Assembly: GCF_964213995.1 (NCBI RefSeq)
Contig: NW_027590147.1
Span: 434,001 to 498,000 of the forward strand
Length of the DNA: 64,000 nt
DNA from: Mustelus asterias
Lineage: Eukaryota
Reading direction: 5' to 3'
The translations under genes were made by a program, and so were the position numbers. The notes beneath the pieces were generated by a model, which did no database searches, had not been told where the DNA came from, and worked only from the letters and a program-made list of their open reading frames with translations. Below are positions 37,513-51,254 of the stretch, piece after piece (within the stretch, counting starts at the first letter, position 1; every line of letters begins with the position of its first letter).

Positions 37513-37726
37513 GTTTTCCAGCTGTATCAATCCCTTCCCACAGGAGGAGCAAGGAAACAGATTCTCACCAGTTTCCAACTGAGATGGTCAATTAAATCCC
37601 TTCAGATGTACAAATCTTCAGATCCCAATGAATTGATTGACTCTGTCTGACGTGAGATTTGTTTGTCCAGACTGCAAATCCTCCTCTTCTATTTCCTGCA
37701 AAATAAGTTTACAAAGAATTACGTGG

Positions 37727-38160
37727 CTGGCACGGTGGCACAGTGGTTAGTACTCCTGCCTCACAGCACCAGGGACCTGGGTTTGATTCCGGCCGTGGTT
37801 ACCTGTCTGTGTAGAGTTTACACAGTAAGGAGTTTAACAACACCAGGTTAAAGTCCAACAGGTTTATTTGGTAGCAAACGCCACTTGCTTTCGGAGCACT
37901 GCTGTGTGGAGTTTGCATATTCTCCACTTGTTTGCGTGGGTTTCCTCCAGGTGCTCCGGTTTTCTCCCACAGTCCAAAGATATTCAGGTTAGGTGGACTG
38001 GCCATGCTAAATTATCCATTTTCCCCCCAGGGTGTGTAGGTTAGGGAGATTAGTGGGGTAAATAAGTTGGGTTATGTTGTTGGGGCCTTGGTGGGATGCT
38101 CTGTCGGAGAGTTGACTTGATGGGCCAAATAGCCTCCTTCCGAGCTGTGGAATTCTATGA
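37727..38160 (+). mobile_element. HE1-like SINE with a Penelope-terminus insert (~37824-37901)
   Basis: CTGTGTRGAGTTTRCA duplicated around GTAAGGAGTTTAACAACACCAGG..TCGGAGCACTG. Confidence 0.8.
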
Positions 38161-39104
38161 ATATATCTATCCTGGACTGACAGTGATGACTTTTGTAAAT
38201 TCCCTTTGCAGGATATTGGAAAGGAGGATTTACAGCAAGAAAACACAAACCAAACATCTCGTTGAGATCTGACAGTCACTCGGATCATTAGGAGCTGATT
38301 GTTATTGTCTTTGAACAGGGAAGGAGAATTGTTTGTTCTGTCTGTGACAATACACAAACAGGCCATTCAGTTTATCGAGTCTGTACTGGAGTTTATACTC
38401 CACATGAGTCTCCTCTCATTCTGATCACCACATCTCAGCTTTTCACTTGATTTTTCCAATCCCTTTTCTCTCATAAGCTCATATATTTTCCTTTTGAAAG
38501 CATCTAAAGTATTTGTGTCAACCACTTCCAGTCGCAGTGAGTTCCAAATTCTAACAACTGTCTGAAGAAAGAAACATCTCCTATTTTCCTGTCTGATTTA
38601 TTTGTTGTCTGTTCATGGTTCCCAGTAATGGAAAAACCAACAAGTGGAAACATTCCATTCACATCTACCTACTTATCCCATTCAGAAAGCCCGTATCAGA
38701 AGAGACAACATTTTTCTCTTGGTTTGAGCTTGTTGTGTGTAAATCCTCCCTTTCTAACCCCCTGGAACAAAAAATATCCAAAATCCATCACGATAGAAAA
38801 TCCAGGTACAAGTAATTCAGAAAGCTATTATTTGTTATGAGGGGAATGGAGTAAAAGCAGGGAAGTTATGTTTCAGTTGCACACGGTGAGTCTGTATCTG
38901 GAGCAATGTCTACATTATCGATTTCCTTATTTAAGGAAAAATATAAATGCATTAGAAGTTCATAGAAGGTTTAGTCGACTAACACCTGGAATAGGTGGAT
39001 AGTCTGATGAGGAGCAGTGAGACAGTCTCTGCTCGAGTTTAAAAGAGTAAGAGGCAACTTAATTTAAACCTTTCAGATCCTGAAAGGTCTTGGATGTGGA
39101 GAGG

Positions 39105-40440
39105 AGTCATCGAGGTTTATAGCATGGAAACAGGCCCTTCAGCCCAACTTGTCCATGCTGCCCCTTTTTTTAACCCCGAAACTAGTCCCAATTGCCCACA
39201 TTTGGCCCATATCCCTCTATACCCATCATACCAGTGTAACTATCTAAATGCTTTTCAAAAGACAAAATTGTACCCGCCTCTACTACTACCTCTGGCAGTT
39301 TGCTCAAGACACTCTCCACCCTCTGTATGAAAATATTGCCCCTCTGGACCCTTTGTATCTCTCCCTTCTCACCTGAAATCTATGCCCTCTAGTTTTAGAC
39401 TCCCCTACCTTTGCAAAAAGATATTGACTATCTAGCTGATCTATGGCCCTCATTATTTTATAGACCGCTATAGGATCACCCCTATGCCTCCTGCGCTCCA
39501 GAAAAAAAATTCCCAGTCCATCCAGTCTCTCCTTATAACCATCAAATCCCAGTAGCATCCTCGTAAATCTTTTCTGCACTCTTTCTCGTTTAATAACAAC
39601 CTTTCTATAATAGGGTGACCAGAACTGCACACAGTATTCCAAGTGTGGTCTGACACAAGTCTTGTACAACTTCAACAAGACGTCCCAACTCCTGTATTTA
39701 ATGTTCTGACCAATGAAACCAAGCATGCCGAATGCCTTCTTCGCCACTCTACCTATGAACCTGTACCCCTAGATCTCTTTGTTCTGTAACTCTCCCCAAT
39801 GCCCTACCATTAACTGAGTAAGTCCTGTCCTGGTTCAATCTACCAAAATGCATCACCTCGCATTTATCAAAATTAAACTCCATCTGCCATTCACCAGCCC
39901 ACTGGCCCAATTGATCAAGATCCCGATGCAATCCTAGGTAACCTTCTTCACTGTCCACTATGCCACCAATCCTGGTGTCATCTGCAAACTTACTAACCAT
40001 ACTGCAAACTTACTAACCATGCCTACTAAATTCTCATCCACATCATGAATATAAACGACAAATAACAGTGGACCCAACACCGATCACTGAGGCACACGGC
40101 TGGTCACAGGCCTCCAGTTTGAAAAACAACGATCTACAACCACCATTTGTCTTCTGTCATCAAGCCAGTTTTGTACCTATTTGGCTACCTCATCCTGGAT
40201 CCCGTGAGATTACCCTTATGCAACAACTTACCATTTGATACCTTGTCAAAGGCCTTGCTAAAGTCCATGTAAAGAACATTAACTGCACTGCCCTCTTCTA
40301 ACTTCTTGGTTACCCATTCAAAAAACTCAATCAAATTTGTGAGACATGATTTTCCACTCCAAAGCCATGCTGACTGTTTCTAATCAGTCCTTGCCTCTCC
40401 ACATGCCTGTAGATCCTGTCTCTCAAAATACCTTCCAACA
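39105..40440 (-). mobile_element. CR1-clade LINE, decayed RT
   Basis: SKFADDTRIGG, RPHLEYCVQFWSP ORFs. Confidence 0.9.
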
Positions 40441-40770
40441 ACTTGTTGGAAGTGTTGTTTACTCTTATGGGAGAATCTCGGGGTCACTGTTTAAACAAGT
40501 GTTGCGCATAGAGACAGAGATTAGATATTTTTCACACAGTGGGTCGTGAATCTTTGGATCTCCATTCCTCAAAAGTAGATATATATCTCTTGGGGCAAAA
40601 GGGATATTATGGGGGGATGGGTGGGACAAGGGTATTGAATTTGAGGATCAGCCATGACCATAATGAATGGCAGGGAATGTTCAAAGGGCTGAATGGCCTC
40701 CTTCCGCTTCTATTTTCTATGCATGTTTCTATGTAAACATGAGGAGCTTGGGGCTGAAGTGTAACCAAAA

Positions 40771-42015
40771 GGCCATAAGACATAGGAGCAGAATTAGGCC
40801 ACTCGGCCCATCGAGGCTGCTTCACCATTCAGTCATGGGCTGATATTTTTCTCATCCCCATTCTCCTACCTTTTCCCCATAACCCCTGATCCACTTATTA
40901 ATCAAGAACCTATCTATCTCTGTCTTAAAGACACTCAATGACCTGGCCTCCACAGCCTTCTGTGGCAAAGAGTTCCACAGATTCACCACTCTCTGGTGGG
41001 CCAGTGGGCTGACGAATGGCAGATGGAATTTAATTTCGACAAATGCGAAGTGATGCATTTTGGTAGATTGAACCAGGACAGGACTTACTCAGTTCATGGT
41101 AGGGCGTTGGGGAGAGTTACAGAACTAAGAGATCTAGGGGTACATGTTCATAGCTCCTTCAAAGTGGAGTCACAGGTGGACAGAGTGGTGAAGAAGGCAT
41201 TCGGCATGCTTGGTTTCATCGGTCAGAACATTGAATACAGGAGTTGGGACGTCTTGTTGAAGTTGTACAAGACATTGGTAAGGCCACACTTGGAATACTG
41301 TGTGCAATTCTGGTCACCCTATTATAGAAAGGATAGTATTAAACTAGAAAGAGTGCAGAAAAGATTTAGTAGGATGCTACCGGGACTTGATGGATTGAGT
41401 ATAAGGAGAGGCTGAATGGACTGGAACTTTTTTCTCTGGAGCGTAGGAGGCTGAGGGGTGATCTTATAGAAGTCTATAAAATAATGAGGGGCATAGTCAA
41501 TATCTTTTCCCAAAGGTAGATAGTCAATATCTTTTCCCAAAGGTAGGGGAGTCTAAAACTAGAGGGCACAGGTTTAAGGTGAGAGGGGAGAGATACAAAA
41601 GTGTCCAGAGGGGCAATTTGTTCACACAGAGGGTGGTGAGTGTCTGGAACAAGCTGTGGGTACAATTGTATCTTTTAAAAAGCATTTAGATAGTTACATG
41701 GGTACGATGGGAATAGAGGGATATGCGCCAAATGTAGGCAATTGGGATTCGCTTCAGGGGTTTTAAAAAAAAGGGCGGCATGGACAAGTTGGGCCGAAGG
41801 GCCTGTTTCCATGCTGTAAACCTCAATGACTCTGGCTGAAGAAATTCTTCCTCATCTCTGTTTGAAAGGAACATCCCTTTAGTCTGAGGTTGTGCCCTCT
41901 GGTTCTAGTTTTTCCTACTAGTGGAAACATCCTCTCCACGTCCACTCTGTCCAGGCCACGCCGTACCCTGTAAGTTTCAATAAATTCCTCCTCAACCTTC
42001 TAAACTCCAACAAGT
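40771..42015. mobile_element. Nested CR1 3' ends: plus copy (40997-41830) inside minus copy (40771-40996 + 41831-42015)
   Basis: ORF 40996-41415; CTCTGG on both sides; flanks rejoin as CACCACTCTCTGG-CTGAAGAAATTC. Confidence 0.85.
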
Positions 42016-42119
42016 ACAAAAGCCGTGTAACCGCTTCAGGTAAGTATTCCGGGATGCAACCTCTCATACTGAATATGTACATGACCCATTAACTTCTCTC
42101 GGCTGCAAACGTGAGGTGC

Positions 42120-42900
42120 AGCCTGGGAGTGGGTGAAGCTGTTTGAAAATCTGATGCTCAAATTTAGTCATTTTTCCGAGCACTAGGACCCGGTGGGAGC
42201 AGAAACACAAAGACCCGCCCCCTCACGGTTGCGTCACCAAGACACCAGCGCATGCGCTCTGCTCCCTGCTCAATCAAGATGGCGGCTGTTAACCTGAGCT
42301 TCGTCTCGGGAAAAAGACCTGAAGCTGCAAACACGGGACCTACGGGCTCATATTCGATGTTTGAGGCCTTTAACAGGTATTTAGAAACCGTCTACGTCCA
42401 TCCGCCTGTTCGATTGCTCCCTCTATGTTTCTGCATCCTTACCGGCTGCTGATGAGACGGAGGAACTTCTCTCCAGTCGCTGTCACCCGCACTGCGCGTG
42501 CTGCAAACGCCTTTGCTTACCGCGCATGCGCACTTCTCCCATGGAACAGGGAACTCTTCCGATTGGTCCGGAGCTGCGCATGTTTCAGGTCCCGCCCTTC
42601 ATTCACTCCGATTGGTTGGAGGACCAGCCGCTCCCGCTCGGTCCTCCAGTCCCGCCCTCTCTTCCGATTGGTTCGGAGCTGCCGTCAATCAGTCCCCTGG
42701 GCATTGTGATGTGGAGCATGCGCAGTGTCATTGCTGTCCTTGGCGCTTGTTTGTCCCGGAGAAGCGGAGTCAGCGTAAGGCGGTGGCTGGGAGGATTTGG
42801 AAACACTTTGTGGATCCGCAAACCCTTCAGAATCATTGTCAGCTCCCTGGTTTGCAGCTGCGGGGCTTCTCCCTCCCTCCCTCCCGGGAACAGGCCCAGG
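42120..42900. promoter_or_regulatory. CpG-rich, probably bidirectional promoter with first exons
   Basis: GCGCATGCGC at 42248, ~42522 and ~42714 (variant), YY1-type motif at 42275, three ATTGG boxes; GTAAGG donor candidates on both strands (~42441 minus, ~42775 plus). Confidence 0.75.
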
Positions 42901-43144
42901 TTAACGGCCCCATCCTGGCTCAGCCACTGGAGGATGGTTCACATCAGAGGATGGGGGAGGGGGACAATAAATAAGAGGTTACACTTTGGCCTCAAATCAA
43001 TGAGGACTCTGATCTCTGGGAAGGAAGGAAACCCTGGGAGGTGGGCGGGGGGGATTCACAAACACCCGCTGGAGGCCCCAACATCCCCAATAAGACCCAT
43101 TGGTTTTATTGTCAGTCTGCAGACAGCAGCTGGAGAACTGAATC

Positions 43145-44022
43145 CACAGTAAGAATTTTAACAACACCAGGTTAAAGTCCAACAGGTTTATTTGGCAGCA
43201 AATGCCATGAGCTTTCGGAGCACTGCTCCTTTGTCCGATTGAGTGGATATCTGCTCTCAAACAGGGCATACAGAGACAGAAAATCAAGTTACAGAATACT
43301 GATTAGAATGCGAATCTTTACAGCTAATCAGGTCTTAAAGATACAGACAGTGTGAGTGGAGGGAGCATTAGGCACAGGTTAATGAAATGAGTATTGTCTC
43401 CAGACAGGACAGCCAGTGAGATTCTGCAAGTCCAGGAGGCAAGCTGTGGGGGTTACCGATAGTGTGACATGAACCCAAGATCCTGGTTTAGGCCGCCCTC
43501 ATGTGTGCGGAACTTGGCTCTCAGTTCTGCTCAGCGACTCTGCGCTGTCGTGTGTCGTGAAGGCTGCCTTGGAGAATGCTTACCCAAAGATCAGAGGCTG
43601 AATGCCCATGACCGCTGAAGTGTTCCCCAACAGGAAATGAATGGTCTTGCCTGGTGATTGTCGAGCGGTGTTCATTCAGCCGTTGTCGTAGCGTCTGCAT
43701 GGTTTCCCCAATGTACTATGCCTCGGGGCATCCTTTCCTGCAGCGTATCAGGTAGACAATGTTGGCCGAGTTGCAAGAGTAGGTACCGTGTATCAGGTAG
43801 ATGGTGTTCTCACGTGAGACGATGGCATCCGTGTCGATGATCCGGCACGTCTTGCAGAGGTTGCTGTGGCAGGGTTGGGTGGTGTCGTGGTCACTGTTCT
43901 CCTGAAGGCTGGTTAGTTTGCTGCGGACAATGGTCTGTTTGAGGTTGTGCGGTTGTTTGAAGGCAAGAAGTGGGGGTGTGGGGATGGTCTTGACGAGATG
44001 TTTGTCTTCATCAATGACATGT
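43145..44022 (-). mobile_element. Penelope-like element 3' part; hammerhead core mutated
   Basis: Reverse complement of ~13540-14410; CGGACAA in place of CTGATGA at ~43231-43237. Confidence 0.9.
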
Positions 44023-44607
44023 CATTGATCAGAACTGAATCCAGACAGAGGAGAGGGAGGGAGGGAGAAAACTGGGAATGGAGGAAAAGAATGTTGGAGA
44101 TGATGAGATGGGTTTGGATTTCAGCCCAGGGAGGAGGGAGAGTGTGTGGAATGGGGATTTACAGGTTTGGGGGAACAAGCGGAAAAAATGTTCCAGAGAA
44201 ACTAGAATTGTCTGTTCAGAATTTCTATCCTGGACTGACAGTAGTTTTGTTATCTTCTTTTGCAGGATATTTGAAGGGAAACTCAAATCAAATTTCATAC
44301 GAATATTTTACAATCATTCGATTTATCAGCACCTAAACTCAATTAGCCTTTGAATGTGGAAGGAAAAATGTTTGTTCTGCCTGTGGGAAAATATTTCAAA
44401 CATCAGTGTGACTGGAGAAGCATCGAGACACATGCACACACTGGAGTGAGACTGTTCCAGTGAACTGACTGTGGAAAGAGCTTTACCCAGTTACGCAGCC
44501 TGAAAAACATCACACCATTCACTGTCGGGTGAAACCGTACACGCGTTCTGTGTGGACAAGGATTTAACAGATCATCCAATCTGGAGAGACACAAAGACAC
44601 CAGCACC

Positions 44608-45687
44608 ATGGAGAAACAGTGGAAATGTGAAGACTGTGGAAAAGTTTGTAAAACCCCATCTCAGCTGGAAATTCATCGACGCTGTCACACTGGGGAGAGA
44701 CCATTCATCTGCTGTATGTGTGGTAAAGGATTCGCTCAGTCATTTAGCCTGGTGTCACACCAGCGAGTTCACACTGAGGACAGACCTTTTAAATGCTCTG
44801 ACTGTGGGAACAGTTTTAAGAGTTCTGAGGGTTTAATTCACCATCAACGGGTTCACACTGGCGAGAGACCATTCAATTGCTCTCAATGTGGGAAGAACTT
44901 CAGGCAAGTATCTCACCTCACTGAACACCTACGTGTTCACACTGGGGAGAAACCCTTCACCTGCTCCATGTGTGGGAAGGGATTCACTTGTGCTTCCCAC
45001 CTCACTGAACACAAGCGTGTTCACACTGGGGAGAGACCATTCAGCTGCTCTCAGTGTGGGAAACATTTCAGGCAGTATTCCACCCTCACTGAACACAAGC
45101 GTGTTCACACTGGGGAGAGACCGTTTGTTTGCTCCTTTTGTGGGAAAGGATTTGTTAAATCATCCCATCTTCTCAGACACCAGCGCATCCACACTGGAGA
45201 GAGACCATTCACCTGCGCTGAGTGTGGGAAGAGATTCACTACAACATCTCACCTCGGTGAACACCAGAGTCTTCACACTGGGGAGAAACCTTTCACCTGC
45301 TCCCTATGTGGCAAGGGATTCACATGTTTATCCTACCTCAGAAGACACAAAATTGTTCACTCCGATGAGAGACCCTGTAAATGTTCTGACTGTGGGAAGA
45401 GGTTTAAAAGCAGAAATGAACTGATGAAACACCAGCCTCTTCACACAGGGGAGAGGCCGTTTGCTTGCTCTGTGTGTGGGAAGGGATTCACTCAGTCATC
45501 ACAGCTCAGCAACCATCAGCTTGTTCACACTGATAAGAGACTGTTTAAATGCTCTGACTGTGGAAAGAGCTTTAAAAGTGCAGGGAATCTGCAGAGACAC
45601 CAAACCACTCCCACTGAGAGGGGCTGTTCAGCTGCTCTTCATCTGGGAACTGATTCACTACTTCATCCCAAATCACTGATCACCTGA
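44608..45687 (+). CDS. C2H2 zinc-finger protein, 359 aa, 11 intact fingers, frameshifted tail; decayed fingers continue to ~46075
   Basis: CACCATGG at 44608, MEKQWKCEDC; acceptor AG at 44264-44265. Confidence 0.88.
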   Translation: MEKQWKCEDCGKVCKTPSQLEIHRRCHTGERPFICCMCGKGFAQSFSLVSHQRVHTEDRPFKCSDCGNSFKSSEGLIHHQRVHTGERPFNCSQCGKNFRQVSHLTEHLRVHTGEKPFTCSMCGKGFTCASHLTEHKRVHTGERPFSCSQCGKHFRQYSTLTEHKRVHTGERPFVCSFCGKGFVKSSHLLRHQRIHTGERPFTCAECGKRFTTTSHLGEHQSLHTGEKPFTCSLCGKGFTCLSYLRRHKIVHSDERPCKCSDCGKRFKSRNELMKHQPLHTGERPFACSVCGKGFTQSSQLSNHQLVHTDKRLFKCSDCGKSFKSAGNLQRHQTTPTERGCSAALHLGTDSLLHPKSLIT

Positions 45688-46292
45688 GGGTTCACACTGG
45701 TGGGAGGCCATTCCTCTGATTTGAGTGTGGGAAGGGATTCACTGTCATCCAGCCTGCTAAAACACCAGTGCACTCCCACTGAGGGAGCATGTTCACCTGC
45801 TCCGTGTGTGACAGGGGATTCAATCAGTTCAGCAGCTTTATTTCACATCAACTTGTTCAGACCGAAAAATAAATGGTTTTGATGTTCTGATTGTGACGAG
45901 ATTTAAAAGTGCAATGGATCTGCTGCAACACAAGCACAACACTGAGCAGAGGCAGTTTACCTGCTCCATGTGTGGGAAGGGATTCACTCAGTCATTGTAT
46001 CTCAGTAAATATCAACTTGTTCACAATGAGAAGAGACTGTTTAAATGCTTGGACTGTGAGAAGAGGTTTAAAAGCTCCCTCCCTAACAGCACCGTGTACC
46101 TGTACCACAGGGATTGCAGTGATTGAAGAAGGCAGCTCACCACCACCTTCACAGAGTAATGAGGAAGGGGCAATAAATGCTGGCCTGAGCATTTGAAAAA
46201 TGGAAAGAAGTCATCGGTGATTTTTCACTCAGTTATTAAGAAGCAACAGTTTAGATATGATACATAAAAGACATAAAACCTGTAATAGGTAA

Positions 46293-46457
46293 GATCCCGG
46301 TTGAAGGAAATACTGATCTCCGCTAATCGCTGGAGGTGATATTCTCCTCGGAAGGGTTTACTGATCCCGGATCAGGGGGATACTGATCTCCGTGTCTGGA
46401 GGTGATATTCTCCTCGGAATGGTTTACTGATCCCGGATCAGAAGGATGCCGATCTCC
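46293..46457. repeat. Tandem repeat, ~2.4 x 66-70 bp
   Basis: CTGGAGGTGATATTCTCCTCGGAA.GGTTTACTGATCCCGGATCAG present twice. Confidence 0.85.
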
Positions 46458-46675
46458 TGTCTCAGTCACCTTTAGCCACTTTGAAAAGCTCTTTGTTGTT
46501 TGAAGTGATTTCCCCACACAAAATTCCATTTATGTAGCTTATTTCTGTGGCGGCGGGGGAGGGGGGGGCGCGGGGTGGTGGTGTGGTGGCTCGTGTTGGT
46601 GTTTATGTCAATCATTTATTTAATTATCATTTGCAAGGGACAGATGTTCAGTGAATTCCCTGCTATTTCCATTCG

Positions 46676-47495
46676 AGTCAGAGAGGTTTACAGCATGGAA
46701 ACAGGCCCTTTGGCCCAACTTGTTCATGTCGCCCCTTTTTTTAACCACAAAGCCAGTCCCAATTGCCCGCATTTGGCCCACATCCCTCTATACCCATCTT
46801 ACCCATGTAACCACTTTTTAAAACACAAAATTGTACCCGCCTCTACTACTAATCTGGCAGCTTGTTCCAGATGCTTACCACCCTCTGTGAAAAAATTGCC
46901 CCTCTGGACCCTCTTGTATCTCTCCTCTCTCACTTTAAACCTATGCCCTCTAGTTTTAGACTCCCCTACCTTTGGGAAAAAATATCGACTATCGAGCTGA
47001 TCTGTGCCCCTCATTATTTTATAGACCTCTATAAGATCACCCCTCAGCCTCCTTCGCTCCAGAGAAAAAAGTCACAGTTTATCCAGCCTCTCCTTATATC
47101 TCAAACCATCAAATCTCAGTAGCATCCTACTAAATCTTTTCTGCACTCTTCCTAGTTTAATAATATCCTTTCTATAATAGGGTGACCAGAACTGTACACA
47201 GTATTCCAAGTGTGGCCTTACCAATGTCTTATACAACTTCAATAAGATGTCTCAACTCCTGTATTCAATGTTCTGACCAATGAAACCAAGCATGCCGAAT
47301 GCCTTCTTCACCACTCTGTCCACCTGTGACTCCACTTTCAAGGAGCTATGAACCTGTACCCCTAGATCTCTTTGTTCTATAACTCTCCCCAATGCCCAAC
47401 CATTAACTGAGTAAGTCCTGCCCTGTTTTGATCTATCAAAATGCATCACTTCACATTTATCTAAATTAAACTCCATCTGCCATTCGTCAGCCCAT
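46676..47495 (-). mobile_element. CR1-clade LINE 3' fragment
   Basis: MEFNLDKCEVMHF.., FFPKVGESKTRGH ORFs. Confidence 0.9.
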
Positions 47496-48919
47496 TGGAA
47501 GTCTCTTCAGTCACTTTGTGGTTCATTGCTTGCTGCGACATCCTGTTTAACCTTTATGTCGTGAGTTTACATATAGGCCATGATCACCCCACCCTACCAA
47601 GTTTGTCTTGTTTCAGGTCTGTGCTGGAGAGACGCTTTTGGTTGGGATAAACAGTCGACACTGTCCTATAAATTCAATACATTTAAGACTGATTAAGTGG
47701 CAATTGTTTCCTGATTTCCCCATCCTTATTCACTTCTCACAAATGATTTCTGATTAACCCAGTAATTCCTAAACCACGAGCTTGTTTTAATTTCTTGATT
47801 ACATATCATCGATATGTAATCAAGACGCTACTCGAATGATCAGAATCAGCAATACAAACCCTTGAGCTTCCAGCAAGACTAAATGTAAAATATGGTACAA
47901 GTACATTTTTCACTCAGTAATTAGAACATTTCATTTTTCTCAGCGCAGCAGCTGGCAGCATTTTAGATTCAATACCAATTGTTCACTTCTCTTCTAGCTG
48001 GGTCATCCAGGCTGGAAACGTTGGCTCTATTCTCTCTCCACAGAAGCTATCAGACCGGCCGAGATTTTTCAGCATTGTCAGTTTTTGAATTTCTTGATAT
48101 CAGCTGGTCCAGTGATTATTGGCACAGTATCGCGCTGTTTTTACACATTTTTCCTGGCTATTTTCAAGTGACACAGTGTTCCAGCTGTTGGGTTTATGTT
48201 GTACCATCAAGTAGACTTTGCTTTTTGCTTCAATGACACGTCATCTCTGCTGAATGGATCTCAAACCAGTCTTTGTTGTGTGTGGGGTCATCTGGACCCG
48301 AAACGTCAGCTCTTTTCTCTCCTTACAGATGCTGCCAGACCTGCTGACATTTTCCAACATTTTCTCTTTTGGTTTGTTGTGTGTTCCACCTTTACCAAAT
48401 GTTGCTGCTGCTGTGTCAGAAATTATTGAACTCAGCGACTTTCCAGTTGCATCAATATCAATGTTGATTGTTAAAATTTTAATTGATGTGTCTGTAAAAT
48501 ATTTCACTATTTTGTTCAATTTTCCTTGATAATTTCATTTCAGAATGGGAATGTCACTGTGAAGAACGTGTAAATCAGTAATTGTCAGCAAGGATTAATC
48601 AACACTTTCTAATTGGAGATGTTAATTAATGGACCCTTTTAAACATTGACTTCTGGATTTTGTATCAATTTAGGATTGAAGTAAAAGTTTATAATTTTAT
48701 TGTAAACCAGTTCCTGAATTCTTGAATTTAGGAGAAAGATCACAGAATGTGCGTTTAAAAAGGGACATTGCAGCCCCGAAAATCAGTGACATTTCCAGAA
48801 TATTAAACTCCAGCCACAGGGTTTGTTAACATCAGCAAAATCAAATCAGATATTGTCAGATTATCAATCCTGAATGTGATAAACAGCAGCACTAACAACA
48901 GCAGAATTCAATCCCTTCA

Positions 48920-49750
<831 letters not shown>

Positions 49751-51254
49751 TTTGATTATCTCCAAGTGAGAATCTCTATTCGCCTGCTTCACTCTGTCAC
49801 TTCCAGTTTCTTACTGATGAGGCAGAACAATGATATATATCCAGGGCAGTGACCATTATTTGTATTTATATTGTGCATAAATAGAATTAAACTTTTAAAG
49901 ACATTTCAGAGAAATGTTATGAAATAACAATTGACATTGAGCCACATGACGAGATATTAGGTTTTAAAGAGAATCTTAACTGAGAAAAGTGAGGTGGCGA
50001 ATCAGAGAGGTTTAAGGAGGAAATTCCAGAGCTTCTGAAATAGGCAAAATCAGTAATGATGGAACGATTAAAATCGGGAATGCTCAAGTGGTCAAAATTA
50101 GATGAGTGCAGAGATCTCGGAGGGTGTGGGCCTGGAGGAGATTACAGAGATTAGGATGATTGCAACCATGGAGGAAAACAAGGATAAGAAATTTACAATC
50201 TTGGTGCATCTTAAAATGAAGCATTGTATTTCAGTGAGCATTTGTTTGTAGATCAGCATTCATCAATATATGTGCCATGGGCGGCACAGTGGTTAGCACT
50301 GCCACCTCACAGCGTCAGGGACCCGGGTTCGATTCCCGGCTTGGGTCACTGTCTGTCTGCGTGGAGCTTGCATGTTCTCCCCCGTGCCTGCGTGGGTTTC
50401 CTCTGAGTTCTCCGGTTTCCTCCCACAGTCTGAAAGACGTGTTAGTTAACTACCCAAACAGGCGCCGGAGTGTGGCGACTCGGGGAATTTCACAGTAACT
50501 TCATTGTAGCGTTCATGAAAGCCTTACTTGTGACTAATAAATAAACTTTCGCTTTAACTTTAATCTTTAAATGGGGGACATTTCTGCTCATCCAACCTTG
50601 GATGTCAGACAAGTTCGGATATATGAAGCTTGGAGGGGAACTTGCAGGTGATGGTGTCCACATACTCTTGCTGCCCTGGTCCATCCAGGTGGTGGAGGTT
50701 GAGGGATTAGGAGATTGTGGTTCAGTTCTCGGTCGAGAGAATGCCTCCCATTTGCCCCTGTCTCTTGCTGCTTTCTCTCTGTCTCTCTCTCTGTCTCTCT
50801 TGTAACATAGATTTCTCGGGCCCAGGGTGCTACATCATTGAATATGATGATGACATGTGGTTGAAAGGCAGAGCAGCTTCGACAGGCCGAATGGCCTCCT
50901 CCTGCTCCTATTTCTTGTGTTGTTGCAGAGGCCAGAACCTTGTGTAGACTCAGACCAGAGGCAGGCTTTCTTCCCTGAAGGACAGTAGTGACCATTTCAC
51001 TTCTGACAAAGGATCAAACAGGTTTCATGGTCACTTTTTCCTTGTGCCAGCCCCATAAATAACCAGATTAATTCAGCTCAATTTCACAACCTGCCTTTTG
51101 TGAGTTCTTTCTCATCCCCTTTTTTCTGTTTAAAATCAATTTCAGATTATCTGAAGTGGAGGATTTCCAATCAGAAAACTCAAACCAAACATCCCATCAG
51201 GATCAGATGGAGTCACCCAATTTATTGTCAGCTGAATATTTGTGAGTTTTGAAC

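Noticed and set aside
42252-42452. Conserved small protein MAAVNLS.. shared with 62296-62616
   Set aside because: Similarity is explained by duplicated promoter DNA; ATGGCGG is part of the YY1-type motif; no evidence of coding constraint
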